This document shows, in pieces, positions 39,119 through 55,020 of a DNA stretch of 64,000 nt; the first letter of the stretch is position 1; each line of letters starts with the position of its first letter. The notes below the pieces were generated by a model. It saw nothing but the letters and a program-made list of their open reading frames with translations, did not search any database and was not told the origin of the DNA. Where the stretch lies: positions 12,338,001 through 12,402,000 of the forward strand of contig CM102286.1 in assembly GCA_046563655.1 (NCBI GenBank), in the 5' to 3' direction. The translations under genes and the position numbers were made by a program. Source of the DNA: Yuukianura sp. NJ FZ-2021. Its lineage: Eukaryota.

Positions 39119-39335
39119 CAGTAATGGCTCTATTTTAGAAACCACGCTATATCCCTCTGTCTCCCTCCTCTTATACCGCCAACTTCCAACAAGTGGAGGG
39201 AAGGCGAGAAGAGAAATTGTGCAAACTCAACTCAATGTAAGAGTTTTGCACATTACTCGAAGTTTTACGGTAACCGTGGGAGGAGTGAAATGAGAAGAGC
39301 CAATCAGAGGAGTTTCTAAGATAGGGCCATTACTG
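39119..39335. mobile_element. pogo/Tc1-type MITE (217 bp, TA TSD) nested in the larger element
   Basis: TA|CAGTAATGGCTCTATTTTAGAAAC ... GTTTCTAAGATAGGGCCATTACTG|TA; TIRs match 22/24. Confidence 0.85.
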
Positions 39336-39478
39336 TATTTAAAAATTAGTTGCCTTAAATTGTAATGGAAATTAATAAATTTCATTATTAATTAATTTTT
39401 ACCCTGTTTTTGGACACAGTGTTTCAGGTGACGCTAACAGTACACTTGATTATTGCAGTATTCGATTATATTAAAGTA

Positions 39479-39923
39479 CAGGGTGTGGCACGTAAAACTA
39501 GGCGCTAGAAAAATAATTTCTTTGTTTATTTAGGGAATTATGGGGGAAAACTATAGCAAATAAACACTTTAGGGAATATTTTAGCCTAACCGTGACTTCT
39601 GCCAAAACTATCCTGTGGAAACTCAGAAGGTGTGATGATGTTTTTAATAAACAATATCTTGGAATTTTTTAGACTTCTATAAATAAGGAAATTGCACTTT
39701 AGTGAGTTTGTTAGCCTAATCCTGACTTTTTCCAAAAGTCCTTTGGTGAAAAATTAGGTGTGATGGAGTTTTTAAAAATCAATATTTTAGGGCTTTTTAA
39801 ATTTCCATAAATGAGGAAGATACAGTTTAGGGAGCATTATTTCCCCCCACATGATAAACAGTTCTGGGTAAAGTTGCCCTTAGCAATGAATTTCAGCCGT
39901 TTACTTCTGCACGCCACACCCTG
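39479..39923. mobile_element. Degenerate Tc1/mariner-type MITE with an internal duplication of about 130 bp
   Basis: TA|CAGGGTGTGGC ... GCCACACCCTG|TG. The TIR tip resembles the MITE at 32387. The block ttagcctaa...ggtgtgatg...caatat...ataaat occurs twice. Confidence 0.65.
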
Positions 39924-39944
39924 TGATGCTAACAACAACGTTAT

Positions 39945-40200
39945 TTAAATTAAACTGTTCAATTATTATACTATAATCATAATTATTATTATTATTATGA
40001 TTATTATTATATTATTATACTATAATTACTAATTAATTTTAAAAACATGAATATTAGAATAATATTTGTTATTTAATAATTAATATAATCATTAATAATA
40101 ATTATTAATATTAATGTTATTTATTATAATTATTATTGTTATTAATTATTAAGAATAATAATATAATAATGTGAATTAGTATGATGTAGTTATTCATAAT
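39945..40200. repeat. AT-rich low-complexity (TTA/TAA)n tract
   Basis: Almost pure A/T with repeated attatt/aataat units. Confidence 0.8.
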
Positions 40201-40839
40201 TTGATGCTAAGTAAGGGTAACCTATCTCCCCTCACACTTCTGATTTTCCTGTTGGATCGCTAAAACAGCGATCCAAAATGTGGAAATTGCTGGCTCGGCG
40301 AGCCAGGCGAGCCGATCCAACAAAATTTGTCGCGATCCGCGATCCGATCCGAGCCACAAAATTAAGTAAGCGATCCGAGCCGAGCCGAACCAACAAACTT
40401 TTGGCTCGATCCACGATCCGAACCGAGCCACAAATTTAAGCCCGCGATCCGAGCCGAGCCGAACCAGTCAAACGCAGCGATCCGATCCGAACCTGGCTCG
40501 CTGGCTCGGATCGGTTCGGCTCGGCTCGCTGTAGCGATCCAGCCTGGATCGCTATTTTGGCTCGTGCACAGGTGTGCGCTAACTTTTGTTGTTTTGTTTG
40601 CCTTTGCTTTTGCATCGTGATCGTCTTCGTCCAGCACAGAAATTTATCAATCGATCGACTTGGAACTTTGAGTTCACGTTAGATAGACAGTCTAATTCAA
40701 ACGATTACTTTCAGTGACTGACCGCTGCGAAGTTGAAATTGATGTCAACAAGTTGCGAATCTTTGCTGAGAAACAATAGTGGTTTTTTCGTTCTGTGAAC
40801 TCAACTTTGGTTTCGAAGCGGGTCTCCGCTGATGAAAAC

Positions 40840-42080
40840 ATGATGTCGTGGATTTTTGTAACATTGTTCTTAGTTTTTAATGTGTACTCTGGTGTTGCTC
40901 ATGGTCCACATAATATCCAGCTAACAGATGAAAATTGGGATCAAATGTTGAATGGAGAATGGATGGTGGAATTGTAAGATTTCATATTCTTAAAATACCG
41001 TTAAACGTAAGCACAGAAAAAAAAACTAACAATTTTGGTTTTTGTTTAGTTTTGCTCCTTGGTGTCCTGCCTGCCGTAACCTGCAACCGGTTTGGGATGA
41101 CTTCTCATCCTGGAGCAATGACTTGGGAATTCAAATTGGACAAGTGGACATTACCAACAGTCCCGGACTTAGCGGACGATTTATGATCACCGCCTTGCCA
41201 ACAATTTACCAGTTAGCAGTCTTTCCTATACCTTTTGTCGTTTTGTATGAATCCGCGTGAAGAATACATTGTATTTACTGATGATTTATTGCTTTCAGCA
41301 TCAAGGATGGAGTGTTCCGCCAATATCGAGGTTCCCGGACAAAGGACGACTTCCTAATGTTCATAGAAGAGAAGAAATGGAATGATATTAGCCCAATACC
41401 AGGGTGGCAATCACCTTCCTCATTCCAAATGACTGTCATTTCCCAATTCTATAGGCTTTCCATGTCATTGAGGGTAAGTCACAATGCTCTCAAATCATTG
41501 TCTTCGTCAACATGTCGTTCTTATTTCAGAATTTCATGAACTTGATGACCACTGAATATGGTCTTCCTCCATGGGGTACTTATGTGATTTTTGGAGTAGG
41601 AACAATTTGCCTTGGGTTATTTTTCGGACTGGTAAAGACTTTTCGGCATGTTGGTATTACGAATATGACGACGATATAAATGTGATTTCGTTTGTTTTGT
41701 TTATTCCGCAGCTCCTTGTGTGTCTCATTGATTTTGTTTACCCACCAAAGAAGCCTCAGCAAAAGAGTACTGCTACTTCTCCCGGTCCATCTGCGGCAGA
41801 TGATGGTACCAATCAGCCTGAGGTGAGTGCGGTTTGATGATATTCGTCTAACTCATTTGGCTTTTAGGAACTTCATGACATCTTGTTTATTTCTAAGCAG
41901 GAGGATGACGATGACTTCGAAGAGCTGGAAGATGATGATCTTGGAAGGAAAGAAAATGACGACGACGAGGGCGCATCGTCCCAAGCAGAACCAGAGGAGC
42001 AGGAAAATAAGTCAGCTCCTGGCAGTCCAGCAACTGGAAACAAAGATAATGTTCGACGTCGACCGAAGAAAATTGATTAG
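40840..42080 (+). CDS. TMX1: Thioredoxin-related transmembrane protein (TMX1-like)
   Basis: Signal peptide, then GEWMVEF|FAPWCPACRNLQPVW (CPAC motif), PGLSGRFMITALPTIYH, FRQYRGSR, a TM helix and an acidic tail ending VRRRPKKID*. Confidence 0.88.
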
Positions 42081-43289
42081 GTAGCGTGATGATCTAATGC
42101 CCTTGGAAGTGAACCTTGCCTTTAACCCCTGCACATGCTTGGCCATGACTTCTTAACGTCATAACTGACCTGGAACCTCCAAGGGCATCTAATATCATCA
42201 CTAATTCTATTCCTATTCCTAAAATTTCTCTAACTTTGGGTCTCACCGTACTAAAATTTAGTTGTTTTTGTTCTTAAATTTTAAAAAATACTAATCAGGG
42301 TCATCCTGTTTAGTATTTTTCCATGCTTAAGCTAAGGGTTGTCGCAATGTTAAGTTAACGTCCCCTCCCCCCGGGGTTACTTCTAAGTTCATCGACAGCG
42401 CAAATCGGACAACGCTTTCCTTGAACTAAGAATCCAACCCCAACATGATGTAATTTACTAAGATTAATAGCGAATCGCTTAAGTTTCAGTCACGAGTTCC
42501 AGAAAAAGCCAGATTTCCGTTGTACCTTGTACTTAAAAGTCACCTTCAAATTGATCAGATTCCCATTTGCCAAAAATTACTTGTGCAACAATGTTCTGAA
42601 TTTGTATCATCATGAGTTAAAACTTTGTTAATTTTACTAAAAATCCTAAAACGGATCTGATCGGAGAATTTAACATAGGAGAAAGTCAAATACTAAGAAT
42701 TGCGATGCTTTCCATTAATTTTTAACGATAAGTGACCAGTCATGAGGCAGGAACACGAATGTGTATCAAATAACGTCAAGTTTTGGTTAATTAAGTTTAG
42801 GATGCGTCAAATAAACTAACGAATGCTTTCATTGTTTGAAGGTTAATTTTTTATTGTAATAATACTGGGCACAACAGTTGAATGCTGCAATAACTTAGGA
42901 TCACTCTATAAACTAGAAAAAAAAATCTCCGGGAAAGTGTCAACGATAAGCTTGATTTTGTAACAATAATTAACTGGATTTGCAAATAAAATAAGGATTT
43001 AACATTACATAAAGTTGGGATATAACAGTAACTGTTGAATATTACGTACAAACACTAAATTTAAAAACAAAAAGTAACAGATGAAGTTCGGGAAGTTGTA
43101 ATTTAAAAGCCATTTTGGGTGGGAACTTAAAGTTGTGTTTGTCCTTGTCACGAAAAGTCATCAACTGCTTGTATTGATTTAAAAAAAAAAGTTCTGAAAT
43201 TTCGAAAAAAAAATCGCCTTTTGTATAAATGTCCGTTGTCTGCTTGAGTATTGAAAAGATTTGGTTATGTGAACTTTTTTTGATTTTTT

Positions 43290-43917
43290 TTATGAAACGT
43301 TTGTATTTGCTGTTGAACTGGCGGAAGTGATTCCAAAATTTAGAAATTTGATGCACCACTCTCTTGTACTTTCACGCCTTTCACAGCACATTGTCAAGGC
43401 AAGACGGGATTTTGTCACTTTGGCACAGCGCTGACACAGTTCACGAGTTGTGTTCTGAAATTTCAAAAATATAAAATGTAAAACTTCCGGTTTAAAAAGT
43501 TAAACTTAAAAAGTCGCCTGTCGATGCAATTTGGAGTGGACCAAGCTTTCAAAAGTTTAGAGCTTCGATTTTTAAAAAAAAGAAGATCTTTTTTGTTAAA
43601 AAATCTTTTTTAGATGAAGATAAAATGAAGAATTTTTAATCTTAAAATGCGTTAAATTTTTAAAGAGATGAACGGAAATCTTTTTTTGGTGTCAATTTTT
43701 TTTACCCTATTTCCCGGAAATTTGTGTATAAAAGTGAAAGTCGAGTGTTAAAACTTACGGAATTTTCACAGTCGTTGACAACAGGCTGTTGGTCCTCATC
43801 CAGTCGATTGCGATACCATCCACCATTGTACGCTGGACTTCCATGAGTCATTTGGCTCCAGTTGATCGTAATGGCAGTGACTAAGATGATCAGTGTAAGC
43901 AGTACTAAACGATCCAT
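43290..43917 (-). CDS. Small secreted cysteine-rich peptide (107 aa, 6 Cys), candidate neuropeptide/neurohormone precursor
   Basis: Exons 43917-43759 and 43454-43290 (phase 0, GTAAG/TTCAG) give MDRLVLLTLIILVTAITINWSQMTHGSPAYNGGWYRNRLDEDQQPVVNDCENS|NTTRELCQRCAKVTKSRLALTMCCERRESTREWCIKFLNFGITSASSTANTNVS*. The ATG directly follows a ttttccag acceptor. A candidate non-coding first exon ends at the AAG|GTAAGC donor near 47492. Confidence 0.75.
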
Positions 43918-44679
43918 CTGGAAAAAATTCCATTAAAAGATAACCGGATTTTAGATTTTAGTTTTCACTTTCCTCAAAGACCAAAAGTCAACTGTTGACT
44001 CTCAGGAAAGCTCTTGGAGACAATACGTTAGGGTTAGGTTAAACCAGGATTTAAATAGCAACTACTTTTTACCATTATCCTTGGACTTGGCTCATTGCAT
44101 GTATAGCTTATGTGATCTTGCCACTTCCTACTTATTTACTTAACCTTTCTTACTAATTACTTTGCAAATCACAAATATCCTTTCGATGTTTTGTATATTA
44201 GAACACTTTGGTAGTGACCGCGATTACTCTTCTGGAGAAGTTTGTGTGTCTCTGGCTTTGAAAAATTTGACGAAAACATTTTATGTAAAAGTTCACTGCG
44301 AAAGCGACAAGCTTCTCTTGTAATCTCCCATAGTTAACCTTAGCTAAAACGATACAACATGGGGCATATGTCACTTTTTTCTAAAGTTGTTGATGGACAC
44401 AAAGTACGTAAATGCTTCCCTATACTATATGTATACACAATTAAGCCGTATAGGTTAGGTTAACATAACATTTTGGACAACGATTGGGATTTGGAAATAC
44501 ACAAAGTTAGGTTAACAGAATTTTCAAATTAAGCATGTGTTAATACCACCACAGTGTCAGCACGTGAAAGCGTAAAGTCCAGACAAACAAATCTCAGGAG
44601 AAAAAATAAGTTCCAGAAAAATGTGAGAAGCTAATCTTTAACGATTACATGAACATATGTCATATTTGGGAATAACATA

Positions 44680-44925
44680 CCGTATTTTCCCTAATATGCT
44701 AATACTATTTTCGACTCCTACGTGTGGTGTACCAAGATTCCAAGACGTTTATGAACGGTCGCTTGCGGACCAGTTTTCTTTTGGACGGTCATTGAAGCAC
44801 ACATAAGCTAACCTTAGAATTTTCAAAAAATTCGCGGTACATAAATGGCCGTCCATAAGTATCATGCTAGAAAGTATCGGAATGTATAGCAATTGGGACG
44901 TGGCGTTCTATTCGGGAAAATACGG
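44680..44925. mobile_element. Tc2/pogo-like MITE (TA TSD)
   Basis: TA|CCGTATTTTCCCTAATA ... TATTCGGGAAAATACGG|TA. Confidence 0.8.
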
Positions 44926-46808
44926 TAACGTAGGTTGAGACATTCTCAAGAGCTGAAGCGTGTTACTGAACAAGAAGATCAAAGGTGACGATGACGTTTT
45001 TAAAAGTGTGACAGTGACATTGGTAAAAAATTTTTTGGTTGAAAGTGTCAAAAAATCCCTAGGGTAGGTCGATTTCATTAGATTATGTTGGAGAACATTC
45101 TGGGAAGTACATTGTCGATTGTACCGCAGACAATCCGGCTTCTTGGGAAAAAAAATGTTACATTCAGAAAATGAATGTAATGTTTTATCTGCCTAAAAGA
45201 CACTTTGGTGAGGGTATTCCCCAGGAAAAACCGCATCTTTCGTCTGTTAAGTCGGAAATTGGCAACGTTTTTTTTCTCTGATTTTTTTTTGAAAAATGAT
45301 ATCATTTCCATTGCATTTGACTTATTGACTTTGACATTTCAAGAAGACAGACTAAAATCCAGCACGTTTTTTCCGTCGGTAGAAAATGTTGTCTAGAAAA
45401 ATGTTTTTGTGTTTTCCATAATTAGCCAATCAAAAATTGCGAAACGGATTCTTTTCCCTTACTAAGCAATTTTTCAGATTTTGGAGTTCATTGTTTTGAA
45501 TAAAACCTTTGTCTCAACAAACTGCAGAAACAACAACTTCGAAATTTTTGCCAACGTTGTCATTTGGAATTCGACACGAGCTGAACAACATTTAAGGTTA
45601 AACGGCAAAGTAGGGGTCAAAATTGGTTGGGGTGACGTTACATTTTTACTTGACAGTAACCGCCATAACCTTTTATAACCACTGGATGGTTATAGTCAGG
45701 CGGTAACATAACTTAAAAAAAAGATCATGAGACTGGTTACAGTGGAAGCAACTAAGACTTACCGCAACCACTTAATCTGCTAAATGATAAATCTTAAGTT
45801 TTTTTTTGGAACCTGATTTCAGATTGCCCTTGAAGAGTGATTTAGAACAAGGAAAATAAAATTAATTCTACACTCAGGTGATTCCCAACCTTGACTTACA
45901 TTTTCCAATTAGTCTGCAAACCTCAAGCAATGGTTTAGTAGCTTTTTACAATTTTATTTTGAAAAAAAATAAAGTTCCGTGCCAAAAACCGTCCCCATTA
46001 ATTCGCATCGACCCAGACGCCGTGCCGGTCACAGCAAAAGAAGATCAAGCCCGAAATGACTTTTTGACCTAATTATACCAAACTCGAATTCTTTTAAATG
46101 CCAATTTCAGGTTTTGGCCTAATTTTTGCCTTTTTTTTTTTGCCAAAAAGAAAATGTAGAGAAAACATGCAATTGGTGTAACCGAGGTTGACGTTTGACT
46201 TTTTGGCATTGCCCTTTTAAGTTAACTTTTTAGAATTCTGTGAACCTTGTAATCAAATGTCGCTTGTACATGAGCAAGTTATTTTTGTTCCAAGATATTT
46301 TTTTTTGTTAAGTTTTGTGCTTAAGCGTAATTTTAAGTACACAGGTCAACTGCAAGCCAATTTCAAAAGATTAAGATAAAACACAAGGCGATGACACCCC
46401 AACACACAAGTTTCATTTTATCTAAAAGTGGGGCTAAAGAAAGCACTTTGGCTAATAAAATTCTGTTACAAAAAATAAGTAGGAAGTTGACACACCTAAA
46501 ACTGTTAGCTTTGAACCATCAAAAATTGTTACTAGTGATTTCACAATTAGGAAGAAGGAGGAAAAAACATGTCTAGGGATTGATTGACACGTATTTTTGG
46601 CGAAATGAAAAAATTGCTGTTGCGAAATTTTTTTGATGAGTGACGTTTTTGGCGTCTTCCAGGAGAAAAAGTTTGACATCAAGAAATTCAGTGAACCAAA
46701 ACGGGATACTATACCGTATTGATTCAAAAAATATTTTATACAGTCCACCTCCACGAAAAGAAACATTTCACTGAAAATGGAACAAATTTGAGCGATTAAT
46801 GGTTCTTA

Positions 46809-46884
46809 CCGTAAAATTGCTTGTACACGCCCGGGCGTTTTTAAATTCTTAACTTTCACCCCCCGGCGTGTACAAGTCTTACGG
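46809..46884. mobile_element. 76-bp palindromic mini-MITE (TA TSD, CCGTA termini)
   Basis: TA|CCGTAAAATTGCTTGTACACGCCCGGG ... CCCCGGCGTGTACAAGTCTTACGG|TA. Confidence 0.7.
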
Positions 46885-47869
46885 TAGTGTATGGAATAGT
46901 TTCCATAATCATTCAAAGATCTGTACGGATCTTGATACGCTTTGCCTATAAATAATCTAAAACTAGACCTACTCAAAGTGGGACTTTTATAAGTGAGTCA
47001 CTTTCTTGGCTTAGTTTTTAGTGAACTCACGTCCACCGCGTGACAAAAAATAATGTAGAAAATGGTTCAAAAGATCGAAAAACTCGGTTACGCATTCTTT
47101 AGGTATGTGAGAAAAAAAAGTCTTTGAAAAAAAAGTGTCGCGTCGTGATTAATTGAAAAACAGAATGCTAAAAAGCTAGCGAAAGTGGAGTGAAACAACC
47201 CTAAAGAAAGCAAAAAATAATAATAATAATAATAATAAAGAGATAGATACAATAACGTAAAATATTTTTTTTTTGTAAAAAAGAAACAGAAACGGTTAAT
47301 TTGCATTCGTAAAGCATACACGCATAAATGTTAAGCGGAGAAAGTTAAGTAGGGCGAGAGAGTGAAAAAAGAAAATAAAAAAAAGTACGCTTGTTGAACC
47401 CTCAGACTACAGTACAAAATTTTTCTAAAATATTCCAGGTTTCTGCCTTTTTGGTTTTGTTTTAAAAATATGAAAATGGAAATTGAGCTTACCTTTAGGA
47501 AGATTGTGAGTTGTGACTGTTGTTATTAAGTTGAACTTTTTTTTGAATTTTTCAAATTTCAGGAGGAGAAAGTTGTCTTTCTTTGCGGTTAAGGAGGGTA
47601 AACTTCCTTAAGTTTCTTGCAGTCCGTCGTGCTCAAGCGTTTCTGAATGAATGAGGGTTCGAGAGACAGTACAGACTAAAAGTTGTTGCTGGGCCACCAA
47701 GCAAAATGAAGTCTTGGTTAGTTCTGTAGCCTCGTTGTGTCCTCGAGGTAGTAATTTAGAACAAGTGCGCCGATCAGGGGCCTAAAAGTGTTAATGACAA
47801 ATCAAATTGTTTACAAGGGATGAATCTTAATGCTAAGCTAAGCAGATTCGTCAAAGATCTTTACAGATC

Positions 47870-50399
47870 ACAATGAACTGTAATAGTTTGGCGTCGCGTC
47901 GACAACATCTCCCCTCTTCAACAAAAAGTTTATAGAATCTGTACGCGTGGATGAGGAAGAAGATTTGCACGGCCCAGGACAGGAAGGAAGAAATTGGTAT
48001 TGTAGACAATGTGAAATCCAATTACCGGTAATCCTAAAAACAAATTTAGCATTTATTAAACGTTGATGCCCACGTAGACTATGTTAATTCTTGGATTAGT
48101 CACTTTACCGGAAGAGTGACAGAAACAAAGCATGTTTCCGACATGCTTTGTCCAAATGCAAATTGAATGAGTCAAACAAGGATCCAGTTACACAATACTT
48201 CCGTTGACTTCTTCAAGCAGCCTCTATTTGGTACACACTGAAAGTGAAGAAGCATTTGTTTGTATTAAAAAAAATGATACCATATTAGCAGGGTTGTCAA
48301 AAATATGTGCTAAAAACGACCGAAATATTGACAAGAAATATTTTTTTTAAATCGCCCAAGGTTTTCGTACAATGTGCAAACCTTAAGGCCAAGGGAACCC
48401 TGACCTTTGGATATGCAAAAAGCGTTGCTCCCTTCCTGAAGTCCTGTGCCAAGTACCTTGCCTGCACTCAATGCGCACGTCATTTAAAATTACAAAATGC
48501 AGATTTGACAAGGTACCCTAAGTTACCTAATGCTATTCAACACCCTAACATGTTATTATGTCTTGAAAACGTCTTTTTAAGGTCATCAACTTTTTGCATT
48601 ATTTCGCATTCGCTTGTGCCACAAAAGTTTTTGGCAAAGTCAACAACAAATGGACCAATTTTTGTTTTTGGATCAGGAACCAGGAACCAAAATTCAGTCG
48701 TCCACTTGACTAGTGCTTACGCATGAACTTCTTACGTCGTTGCAATTAAAATGTCCCCAATATTGTACTTCCTGGAAGGGAAATGTCCGACGTAGACGGA
48801 AACAGATTTCCATATACGAAAAACGAATTTGCGTTAAAAAAAAGTGAAAAAAAACAGGACACGATGTGTAACAAGTTTTCCAGCACAAGTTTGTCACATG
48901 CACATCTGATGTGCGTCTACTGTGTTTGTGAATTCGCTGAATTTTGGTTTTGCGATGTGGTATTTCCATTGTCGTCATCACTTCGTAGCTATTTCATTGG
49001 TGATCGGTAAAGGTCAAACAAACTTTCGGTGTCACTGGCTCTTCTTGTGGAATGAATCTGCAACAAAGGAAACCTGTCTAGCATTGGGTATTTTCGAAGA
49101 AACAATTATTTTTAAACTATTTTCCCCATTGAAGGTCACAAAGTTCAGGGCCAGGGTGAAAGTCCAAAATTTTGGTAAGTCCCAGTCACTGTTGTAGCAT
49201 CGTTCAGTAGCATGTATTAGTCGGACCTTTGATCCTAAACATAATAAAACGAGTCAGGTTTGTTATGAATCATAGATTGATTACAAAAAATATAAGTGAC
49301 ACAGTACCTGGACTCAACTGGACATGTTGTTTGGTTGACTCGAATCCAAACTCAATCGGTGGAAGAAGCTGCCTACAACGTTGGTTACCTACAAAAAACT
49401 TCAACCACACACAGACATGCAGACTTGGATGAATGTGGATAAGAAAAACAAAATTGTTAAAATGTCAAAAAAACCTGCAAAACACATATTTTCCATCAAA
49501 ACTTTTAATTCTGGTTATAGACTTATTAGTAAGGCTTACGTGGACAACAAGTTAAAGTCACCGAACAATAAAAAATTAATTAAGGCTAACCGGAGGAACA
49601 AAATAATACACCAACAGGAAGAGAATTAGGCATTAGCGGATCGGTTTTAAAAAAAATTAATAGAAATATACATTTACGACAAAAATTAATTTTGAAGGTC
49701 CTGTGAATAAGAAAAATAATGCATATGAAAGGGCTTACTCACTAACAATATGAATTTCAATTTCAAAAAATCTATACGATAATCCATGACTACACTGTAC
49801 TATAGGCGTAAACTAAACACTTACATAACTTGAACCGCTAAAATACTAATTTCTTAGGCGTTGGATCAGTCTACAGAGAATCACTGCATCTTGCTCTGGC
49901 TGAATTTCTTCGTAACAACTTTAGTACCAAACAGCATCACAGGTATCCCATTTACCTAACGCTCTTGACAGTCCCGCTCGCATTTGCATTCGTGGCTGCA
50001 AGGATTTCCACAGACATGTGAGCATTCCAACACCTTATTACAAATAGCCATACAAGGAGGCGGGAAACGTTCGCCCTTGCAAATTCGGAATTTCTGAAAG
50101 AAAAACCAAATGATACTTTGGAAAAAAAAACGTTTTGAATTTGCCTCCCATGACACACGTAAGCAATAAAATGACGTTTGATCCGCGATTACCTGGTGTC
50201 CACATTTCCTCAAGTCAACCACTAGACGAGTACATACTTTGGGACATTGATGAACTTCATCGATGTGTACTGCAGTGAGGCAACGATGACCACAATCACC
50301 CGGGTATGCTTTCTTGCAAATGTACCAGCACCCATTAGGCTCCGATGCCATTTTGATACGGTCCAAATCCAACTTGCCGCCAATGGACACTTTCAACAT
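47870..50399 (-). pseudogene. NF-X1-type zinc-finger (ZNFX1-like) fragment, probably truncated or decayed
   Basis: The exons at about 50399-50193 and 50095-49961 give PNGCWYICKKAYPGDCGHRCLTAVH...CPKVC...CGHQ|...PPPCMAICNKVLECSHVCGNPCSHECKC (NF-X1-like Cys/His repeats). Further exon-like, GT-AG-bounded segments run down to about 47870, but I could not join them without stops. No helicase domain is seen. Confidence 0.45.
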
Positions 50400-51848
50400 T
50401 CCACTGCTCAGTATTTTAATTTAAGTACGTTCCACTTATTGATTGTCCTGTAAAACAGAGAGGCGAAGAAATCAGAAATTCGTTCAAAGTTATAACCAAA
50501 CTATCAGTTCAATTAACAACATTCTTAGAAAATCAATTAGCTGCCTTACTTGTGTTTGTCTTCTAGTAGGCAGTATCCGCAAGGGCACGTGATGTTGATA
50601 GGTATCTTTCTCCACTGAAAAAGCTGTACGTGCGGTTCAACAATTGTATCATCACTCCAGTCCACTCGATCCAGTATTAAAAAACGTTGTGGTAACGGAG
50701 AATGATAAAACCGAATCTCAGAATCCTCTCCAATAAACCGTCGTCAGTTATAAACTTTATAAAGTGAGAATAGAATGAATGTGAATGAATAGAAATTCCG
50801 CAAAAGGCGTCTGCGCTTCTCGTCGTAGTAAGTAAAATGATGCTCCATTCATCATCGTATTACATAAGAAGCCATCGTGTAAGTGTAAAAGTGTACCGTG
50901 ATATGGACTAACTATTCCTCCGATTAATCGGATGCGCGGCAATATGGAGGCGAATATTGTTGAAAAATCCCAATCCTTTTATATTTATTTGATAGAAAGT
51001 AATATTAGTAATTCAAATTATTCAAAATATACTACACATTCTGCAAATACCATACACGGTTTCCTGTCTTATTTTGTTCTAAAAACATTTCCAGTTCTTC
51101 CAAACTCTAATGTAGCGTAGCACATTTAAACCAGTTAGGTTAGGGTAGTTTATAATTAGTCAGGATTCCAAATGCTAACTATATAGTAATAAATAACCTA
51201 CCTTACTGATTACTCCTTAGTCCTTCCTTAGCATTGAAGATGAATAGTAGGAAGAACATTACAGCCGGATTTAAGTTTGACAAGGCAAAAGTTAGCGATG
51301 CCGTTAGACGTCACAAGGATAGACTAGTACTTTATTATTTTTTTTATTACGCGCGAAAATCATAAACACGCGGAAGTCCACTTGAATTTGAATTGAATGA
51401 AACCGAAACGTCAAAATCAAAACACAGACAACAGACAGAAATGTGAATTTGAAATTAATTTAGCAAACTTGTTCGTATTAAAGCAAAAGTAATTAACGTC
51501 GAGTAATTAATTGAAAAAAAAAACACCGAGTTAGGTACTAAGTCAATTAGTGTGTTGATAAGTTACAAGTGACATCAAGTTAGTCAAGTAGTGACGACTT
51601 CACAGTTCACACTATTAGCTAAACTTGACTGAAGTTGAAGAAAGTCTGATTATTAGTACATACCGTACCGTATCGTAATCCTAAATCTAAATGCTAATGT
51701 AAACAAACCGCTGTTCTTAACTGCACTTTAGGTTTATAGGACGAACTGACTTTCCGCACGTCAAGAAAGTAAAATCAAGAAAACTCCAATTACGCTCCGG
51801 TTAGACTTGCAGTTGCAAGTTGCAACCAATTACTGGCAAGTGGCAACC

Positions 51849-55020
<3,172 letters not shown>

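Larger units (their letters stand above)
38025..40576. mobile_element. Non-autonomous hAT-like DNA transposon (2552 bp) with 12-bp TIRs, subterminal GATCC/GAGCC/GAACC arrays and nested MITEs
   Basis: cgctaact|CACACCTGTGCA ... TGCACAGGTGTG|cgctaact. The 8-bp TSD is perfect (38017-38024 and 40577-40584). Repeat arrays lie at about 38040-38350 and 40250-40560. No transposase ORF is present. Confidence 0.88.

Noticed and set aside
37933..40637. Several overlapping ORFs with WLGSDRGS / ARLGSARI / SEPSRA repeats, and a superficial repeat-spacer (CRISPR-like) look
   Set aside because: These are translations of the stop-poor subterminal pentamer arrays of the hAT-like element. The units are irregular, there are no unique spacers or cas genes, and the DNA is eukaryotic.
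44020..44520. Scattered GGTTAGGTT motifs resembling the arthropod TTAGG telomere repeat (also elsewhere in the window)
   Set aside because: Only two or three units at a time and dispersed; not an interstitial telomeric array.
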